From Rebecca billardiae RCC1528 (Eukaryota; Protista; Haptophyta): 64,000 nucleotides of DNA. The position numbers were made by a program, and so were the translations under genes. Positions 58,401 to 64,000 of this stretch are shown in pieces (the stretch's first letter is position 1; each line of letters starts with the position of its first letter). The stretch spans positions 682,001 to 746,000 of the forward strand of contig OZ251232.1 in the NCBI GenBank assembly GCA_965240325.2. The letters run 5' to 3'. A model generated the notes under the pieces. The model ran no database searches and had not been told where the DNA came from. It saw only the letters and a program-made list of their open reading frames with translations.

Positions 58401-58902
58401 CGGCGTCCGGAGGCGGCGCGGGCGGCTGGGCGCTGTCAGCGCCCGCGTCGGCGGCGGAGCCGAACGCGCCGTCGAGCTCGTGCGCGTCGTCCTGGCCCCC
58501 AAAGGCGCCGAACGGCTCGCCGTCCGCCTCTGCGCCCGCAGCGCCTGCCGTGGGCGCGTCGGCGCTGCCGGCGGCCGCCGCGTCGGCCGAGCCGCCGCCA
58601 AACTCGCCAAACGCGTCGTCAAAGTCGTCCTCAGCTGCGGAGGCGTCCGGCGCGTCGCCCTCGGGCGTGGGCGCGTCGTCGAGCACGCCCAGAGGCTTCG
58701 CCGTCTCGCCCGGCGTCGCCTCCCTCGCCGGCGATCCCAGCGGGCTGTCGAGGTCAAAGTCGCCGAGGTCGAAATCGTCCAGGTTGGCCGCCGCGGCCGC
58801 GGCGGCCGAGGTCGCTGCTGCGCTGCGAGCCGCGGCCAGCTCGGTGCCGTTAAGGGCACCCACATCAAACTCGCTGAACGGGTCGTCGTCGTCGTCGTCC
58901 AT
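55457..58902 (-). CDS. Aftiphilin-like clathrin/AP-1 accessory protein; predicted introns 56032-56184 and 55703-55836
   Basis: Many acidic FG[DE]F motifs (DDFGDF, GFGDF, AFGEF). WQWQGSALEAGYSQLLGL and the terminal ADSLPKLGYLLADRVVLP resemble the conserved aftiphilin C-terminal blocks. Confidence 0.7.
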
Positions 58903-60873
58903 CGCGCCCCGCAGCTGCGCGGCGAAGCGGCGCGAGGCGCGCGGGGGCGACCGTGTTCCTGCGCCTCAAGTACGCCGCAAACACGATGGCGGCGTCGACT
59001 CGTCGTTCGATCAAGCTCAATATGCGCACCGCTTTCTCAAATGCATGGCCCCAGCGCCACGGCTGGGTCAGCGGGGCGTGGCGCAGGCAGGTCGGCGCGG
59101 CCGTACGAGCGCGTGAGCATGACTGACAGCTTCCCTTCATACTTTTCGACCACTCTCACGTCCACTTGTCCACATCGTGTGCGACCGGCGCACGGGAAGC
59201 ACGGGCAAGTACGGGCCAGGGTCACCCTTCTGACGGCCACGCTGACCTCTGGGGCATGGCATGCGAGGATGCGGACCTGTCAACACCCCGTCTCACCGCA
59301 AACGTCGTGAGTCTGACGAGCAAGGTTGGCTGCGCGGTAGTCACGCACATCGGGCTAGCGAGGCTGAGCGGGGCTGAGTGGCAACCTTCTCTGAGACTAC
59401 GCCACGCAGCTCTGCGACCTTGCCAGTGCTCGATGCCCTTCCAGAGGCACCGACGCGCCGCACGACCTGTCCAGCCGCCGCCCCAGAAAGTCGGGTCACC
59501 ACGACACTACCACCTTAGAACTGGCTTCTGGCCGTACCCGTGGTCCTGTCGTAGTAACTAGTAAGTCACCTCAAACTGAAGCGCGCGCTGGCGCTGGCTG
59601 CATGGTTGCATGTCCGCTCACGCCGAAACGAGCGCGCCGCGGCGGCTATCTCGCTCGTGGCGCACGGTCGGGGAGCAGCCGCATTCGCGCGGCCGGCCAT
59701 CGCGCACAGGCGGCACTGACCTGCACCAGCATGGTCGTCGGCACGCACAGTCTCACGGCTGCGCCGCACCGCGCAGGCAATATATTCAAGCGTGGTGCGC
59801 ATGCTCGCACGCTTTGTGTCCCCTGTCCACACCCAGCGGCTGAGTTCGTGCTGACCACTTGCAGGCGCACTGCACACTTTCGCGCAGCTGCCGCGCCGGG
59901 CAGTGCCCAACGGCTCGCCAGGCTCAGCTCGTGGCCAGGGCTCCCTTGATTTCATGCTGGCTCGCCTGTCAGCTGCGACCACTTTCAGCGCACGCTACCG
60001 CCGACTCGCGCACGACACGGCAAGGCTGGCGCGCTGAATGAGGCCAAGAGGTGTGCTGACCCGCACCCGTAGCGCGTGCGCGGCCGTCATGCTGACCACC
60101 CAGACCAGAGGGAAGGAGTTGGTGCTTTCTGGTCACAAGTCACTGTCACTCACTGACAACCCCCCACGGTAAATCGGAGTAACGACAGGGTCGGCGGCAG
60201 GTTCTGACCAAGCTACAAAGCGGAACTGCGAAGGCAGTCTGCAGCCGGACCGTACCGGACCAACCCCCTCCACCGCTGGGCGCTGGGTGTCTGGGGTGTA
60301 GGTCCGGGTTGCGGGGAGCTTGGGGGAGAGGGCGCACCGGCTTCCCAAGCTTCGGTGCAGTGTGCACACCGGCGGTCGGTATTTTTGTTATGACAGCGGT
60401 GGTTGAGATGTCATCACGGTCAAGCGCGTTGAACCGCGCAGGTACGCCTTTCGTATATGATATATCGGCTGAGAGCTGGAGCGACTTCGTATGTCGCGTG
60501 CAAAACGTGCACTCCGATATCCGAGCTCGATTCGGATAGATTCGTCTTTGGTGGTCGATTACCTTTCACGCAAGTAAATATCCGTTTTACGATAGGAGAT
60601 ACTCTGACCACGATTCGTCGGAAATCACCTGACAGACCAATCGCGTCCTTTGGAGAGAGGTGAGCGGGTAGGGCGGGCTCGGGTGCCGTACCACTCACCA
60701 AAGTCCCGCGCACAGATTCTACATCTCAACAATGACGGATCCAACCGCGAGATCGTCGGAACATATGTATTTGTTCTCACTTTACCGCCCGATGATGACA
60801 TCAACACAACCCACACCCCAAAATGGCTCAGACATCACGTCCTCACCCGGTGTCGCAGACGCCGCCCGTCGCG

Positions 60874-62339
60874 ATGCTGCCGACCGACCTGGTGGAGAGG
60901 ATCGCCAAACACCTGCCGCTCCCCGACCTCGTGAGCGCGAACGCCGTCTCCCGCGTCTTCCGCGGCGCGCCCGGCAACCACTCGCCCGTCGAGCGCGCGC
61001 TCCTCGAGCGCGCGCGCGAGCGTGGGCACGAGCGCGCGCTCGCCGCCGCGCTGCCGCGCGACAAGAGCGCTGCGATGGGCGAGCTCCTCGCGCACGAGCG
61101 CGTTTATGAGATCGCACGCGCGCACAGTCACGCCGTGGCGTGCGGGACGTCGCTGATGTATCAGCTCAGCATGAGCGCGTTTGTGGACGCAGACGGCGCG
61201 CTCTACACGTGGGGCGAGGAGCAGACGTGCGACGACGGCGACGACGACGAGGAGGAGGAGGCGTGCGCGTATCGCGCATGCGCCGGGCTCGGCCACGGAG
61301 AGACGGGCTCGGTCCTCGTGCCCAAGCGCGTGGCCTCGCTCTCGGCCGTGCGCATGTGCGCGGTCGCCGCTGGCTACGACCACCTGCTCGCGCTGAGCGC
61401 GAGCGGCGAGGTCTACGCGTGCGGCGAGAACCGCGACGGCCAGCTCGGGCTGGGCGACACGGCGACGCGCCGCGTGTTCGTCCAAGTCACGGCGCTCGCG
61501 CACGAGGTCGTCGTGTGCGTCGCAGGTGGGAGCCACTGCAGCCTCGCGCTCAGCACGGCGGGCCGCGCGTACAGCTGGGGCCAGAACAACCACGGCCAGC
61601 TCGGCCACGGCGACACGGTCGGCAGGCTGGAGCCTCGGCGCATCGAGGCGCTGGACAACGAGCGCGTCGCGGGCGCGAGCGCCGGCATGTTCCACGTGCA
61701 GCTCGTCACGGCCAGCGGCGCCGTCTACTCGTGCGGCCGCGGCCACGGTGGCCAGCTCGGCCACGGTGACCAGCAGGATCAGCACACGCCCAAGCGCATC
61801 GAGGCGCTCTCGGGCGTGCGCGCCGTGCACGTGAGCGCGGGCGTTGCGCACAGCCTGGTCGTTGACCGCACGGGCGGCGTGTACTCCTTCGGCCATGGCA
61901 GGTCTGGCTGCCTGGGCCACGGCGACGAGTCCGCCGTGTTCACGCCCACGCGCATCGGCGCGCTGGCGGGTGTGCACGCCGTGCGCGCCAACGCGGGCTC
62001 GGACAGCAGCGTGGTGCTGAGCGCGGACGGCAGCTTGCACGCGTTCGGGAGCAACGGCTACTCTCAGCTCGGTGCCAAGACACGGCGCACCCGCGTGCCG
62101 CATCCGACCCCCGTGCACGTCGTCGCGCACGGCGCCGCGTGAGCGACTGCGCGCTCGGCCACAACCACGCGCTCTTCATGACGGCGGACGGCGACGTGTA
62201 CTCGTGCGGCGAGCAGACCGCTGCGCTCGGCCACGGCGTGAGCGCGGACGCCGAGGGCACGGACGTCGCCACGCCCACGCCCGTCGCGCGCAGCGTGCCA
62301 CCCGGCGCGGTGCTCGCCACAGGGTGCGCAGTGCGCTGA
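60874..62339 (+). pseudogene. F-box-like plus RCC1-repeat paralogue, copy 2, with a +2 frameshift near 62130
   Basis: Highly similar to 48321-49811. CACGCGCGCGTGAGC in copy 1 is CACGGCGCCGCGTGAGC here, giving TGA at 62140-62142. The last RCC1 repeat continues in another frame (62139-62339). This could be a sequencing error. Confidence 0.7.
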
Positions 62340-62367
62340 GTGGCTGCGCCGCGCACTTCCGCTTGGA

Positions 62368-62911
62368 CCCCCTCCACCACGCTGGTCGCTGCTCCACCCG
62401 TGAGGCCGCTGCTCGCCGCCTCACGCCTGGGCACTCTTCCAGTGCGCTTCCATCCTTCTCTTCTCATTCCACATCTGCATGCTGCCGTCCTCAGCGGCCT
62501 CCCCCCTCCACCACGCTGGTCGCTGCTCCACCCGTGAGGCCGCTGCTCGCCGCCTCACGCCTGGGCACTCTTCCAGTGCGCTTCCATCCTTCTCTTCTCA
62601 TTCCACATCTGCATGCTGCCGTCCTCAGCGGCCTCCCCCCTCCACCACGCTGGTCGCTGCTCCACCCGTGAGGCCGCTGCTCGCCGCCTCACGCCTGGGC
62701 ACTCTTCCAGTGCGCTTCCATCCTTCTCTTCTCATTCCACATCTGCATGCTGCCGTCCTCAGCGGCCTCCCCCCTCCACCACGCTGGTCGCTGCTCCACC
62801 CGTGAGGCCGCTGCTCGCCGCCTCACGCCTGGGCACTCTTCCAGTGCGCTTCCATCCTTCTCTTGACCCTTTCCATTGCACATCTGCATGGTGCCGTCCT
62901 CAGCGGCCTCC
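62368..62911. repeat. 134-bp tandem repeat, 4 copies
   Basis: CCTCCACCACGCTGGTCGCTGCTCC... recurs at 62371, 62505, 62639 and 62773. The last copy diverges at its end. Confidence 0.95.
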
Positions 62912-64000
62912 TCCCGTGTCTCGCCTGCGCCGTGGCCTCCGCGCGCGCGCGGCCCGCTGCTCGTGGCCCCGGGCAGCAGCACCCCCTCGCTGCTGCCCGC
63001 CGCCTCCAGCTCGCCGCCCGCCCCGGACCCCCGGCCGGCTTCTCTTCATCGACTCCTCGCCTGCCGACGACCGCCGCTGCCGCCGCCGACACGGCTCCGC
63101 CCACGTCCGCGTGGGCGCGACTCCGTGCCTGGCCGCTGCCGCCCCGGCCGCCGACAGTCTGCTCGCCGCCCACGCACGGCCCGCGCCGTCGCGTGGCGGC
63201 GCGCACCGCCAGCCACCAGCCGCTCAAGCCCGTGCTCCCTCGGTCGTCCTCCCCTCGGACGGCCGCTGGGGCTCGCCCTCGAGCGGCGGCTGCCAACTCG
63301 GCCCGAGACAGTAGCAAGTCTCGTCCGAGCCTGCAACCGCAGGCTCCGAGTGAGTCCGCCAGCAGGCCTCGGCTCGGCCAGTGCTCACTCTCCGTGCGCT
63401 GCGGCGCCGTGCCGTGCCGCCTGCGCCTGACGGCGTGAAACGCCTCGTCCTGTCGACGTGTCGTACTCGAACTACTCGATCCGGACTAACTCACCGTTAG
63501 TGACTAAGCTCATAGTCATACTCATTCTATGATTTAATAACGACACTGTCAGACTAGTAGAGTTTACTAAGAATAAGAGACGCACATTCAGTTTACTAAT
63601 AAGAATAAGCCAGACGCACACATGTCACATCAGCTCAGCCTCAGGTCATAGGCGCGAGATTATTGACGGCCCGCCAACTGTCACGACCGCCGCCATGAAG
63701 CCGTCGCCGATGGTAGCGCCGCCGGAAAAATTCGTTCAGCCGTCCGCCTGCGAGGCCTGGACGAGGGCTGCGGCCGCCTCGCGTCGCGCCAGCGCCCGTC
63801 GTCCTCGCCCCACCGTCGTCCACAAAACGTCGTCGGCTCGTCGTCCGAACTCGCCGACTGGGCGCCGATGCGACAGCGCGCCGACAGGATGAGGATGAGT
63901 AGTAGGGAATGTAGAGCCCCACTGTCGGTTGGGGAAGGTGTGTATCAAGCGGCATGACTGGGGTAGCTTAATTATCACACAGAAGGTCTGGCCCTCAGGT

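Noticed and set aside
62368-62911. Possible CRISPR array
   Set aside because: The units are contiguous 134-bp repeats without unique spacers; eukaryotic context and no cas genes.

Overview
Gene-dense, very GC-rich eukaryotic DNA with short GC-rich GT-AG introns. A haptophyte-like microalga is my inference from composition and plastid-type genes; it is not proven. Ordinary genes are NDUFAF7, SPT5, a signal-peptide RimM, an XK-related protein, an aldo-keto reductase, TMEM14, ABCG and ABCB half-transporters, a cytochrome b5-like MAPR protein, an aftiphilin-like protein and two F-box/RCC1 paralogues (one frameshifted). The main feature is a ~24.5 kb minus-strand gene (17484-42018, ~7990 aa after three predicted 3' introns) encoding an unusual hybrid megasynthase. 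Its order is: two degenerate ThDP (acetolactate-synthase-fold) units - CoA-ligase-type A - KR - ACP - ACP - KS - KR - ACP - KS0 (Cys-Asn-Asn) with a malonyl AT inserted inside the KS - ACP - C - degenerate A - carrier - membrane-bound epsilon-poly-L-lysine-synthetase-like terminal domain. It sits head-to-head with a GT61 glycosyltransferase, followed by an ABCG transporter, making a candidate algal biosynthetic gene cluster. All calls come from motif recognition by eye; no database searches were run and domain boundaries are approximate.
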